Shown here one piece after another: positions 63,628-64,000 of a stretch of 64,000 bases of DNA; the first letter of the stretch is position 1, and each line of letters starts with the position of its first letter. The stretch is taken from contig CM059432.1 of assembly GCA_030390025.1 (NCBI GenBank), positions 90,460,001 through 90,524,000 on the forward strand, in the 5' to 3' direction. The notes under the pieces were generated by a model. The model saw only the letters and a list, made by a program, of their open reading frames with translations. It was not told the origin of the DNA and did not search any database. A program made the position numbers and the translations under genes. The stretch comes from Squalus acanthias. Its lineage: Eukaryota.

Positions 63628-64000
63628 GTGTCAGCTGTGGCTCAGTAGGTAGCAAACTCGCCTCTGAGTCAGAAGGTTGTGGGTTCAAGTCCCACTCCAG
63701 GGACTTGAGCACATAAAATCCAAGGCTGACACTCCAGTGCAGTGCTGAGGGAGTGCTCTCCTGTCGGAGGTGCCGTCTTTCGGATGAGACGCTAAACCGA
63801 GGCCCTGTCTGCTCTCTCAGGTGGACGTAAAAGATCCCAAGGCACTATTTTGAAGAAGAGCAGGGGAGTTATCCCCGGTGTCCTGGCTAATATTTATCCC
63901 TCAATCAGCAGCACTTAAAAAAAACAGATTATCTGGTCATTATCACATTGCTGTTTGTGGGAGCTTGCTGTGCGCAAAAATTACTGCCGCCTTTCTTTCT
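63628..64000 (+). mobile_element. DeuSINE-type SINE, 5' part to near the window end
   Basis: TGGCTCAGTAGG A-box, GGTTCAAGTCC B-box, Deu core. Confidence 0.9.

Noticed and set aside
1..64000. CRISPR arrays, rRNA genes, prokaryotic operons; most short ORFs in the track
   Set aside because: No repeat-spacer arrays or rRNA similarity were seen; the short ORFs are alternate frames or antisense of repeats

Overview
Vertebrate nuclear DNA, most likely from a cartilaginous fish (shark). The basis is DeuSINE/SacSINE1-like SINEs, abundant CR1 LINEs with 8-mer tails, and Penelope-type hammerhead motifs. The window is dominated by transposable elements: many CR1 fragments, one CR1 with an intact 978-aa ORF2, a second LINE family with a tRNA-like 5' head, Harbinger/PIF elements and their non-autonomous derivatives, a Tigger/pogo element, hAT MITEs and Penelope-like pieces. 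These are often nested several levels deep. A few small + strand exons (7037-7156, 48321-48404, 48726-48866) suggest the window is mostly intronic sequence of a coiled-coil protein gene. The most unusual signals are: (1) a family of 700-770 bp Harbinger-type MITEs carrying housekeeping-promoter motifs, clustered consensus 5' splice sites and a position-conserved hairpin; (2) an inverted-repeat Penelope-like insert with two minimal hammerhead ribozyme motifs; (3) a LINE headed by a Pol III tRNA-like promoter; (4) a 31-bp apparently locally templated insertion. All coordinates were read by eye, and boundaries without TSD support are approximate.
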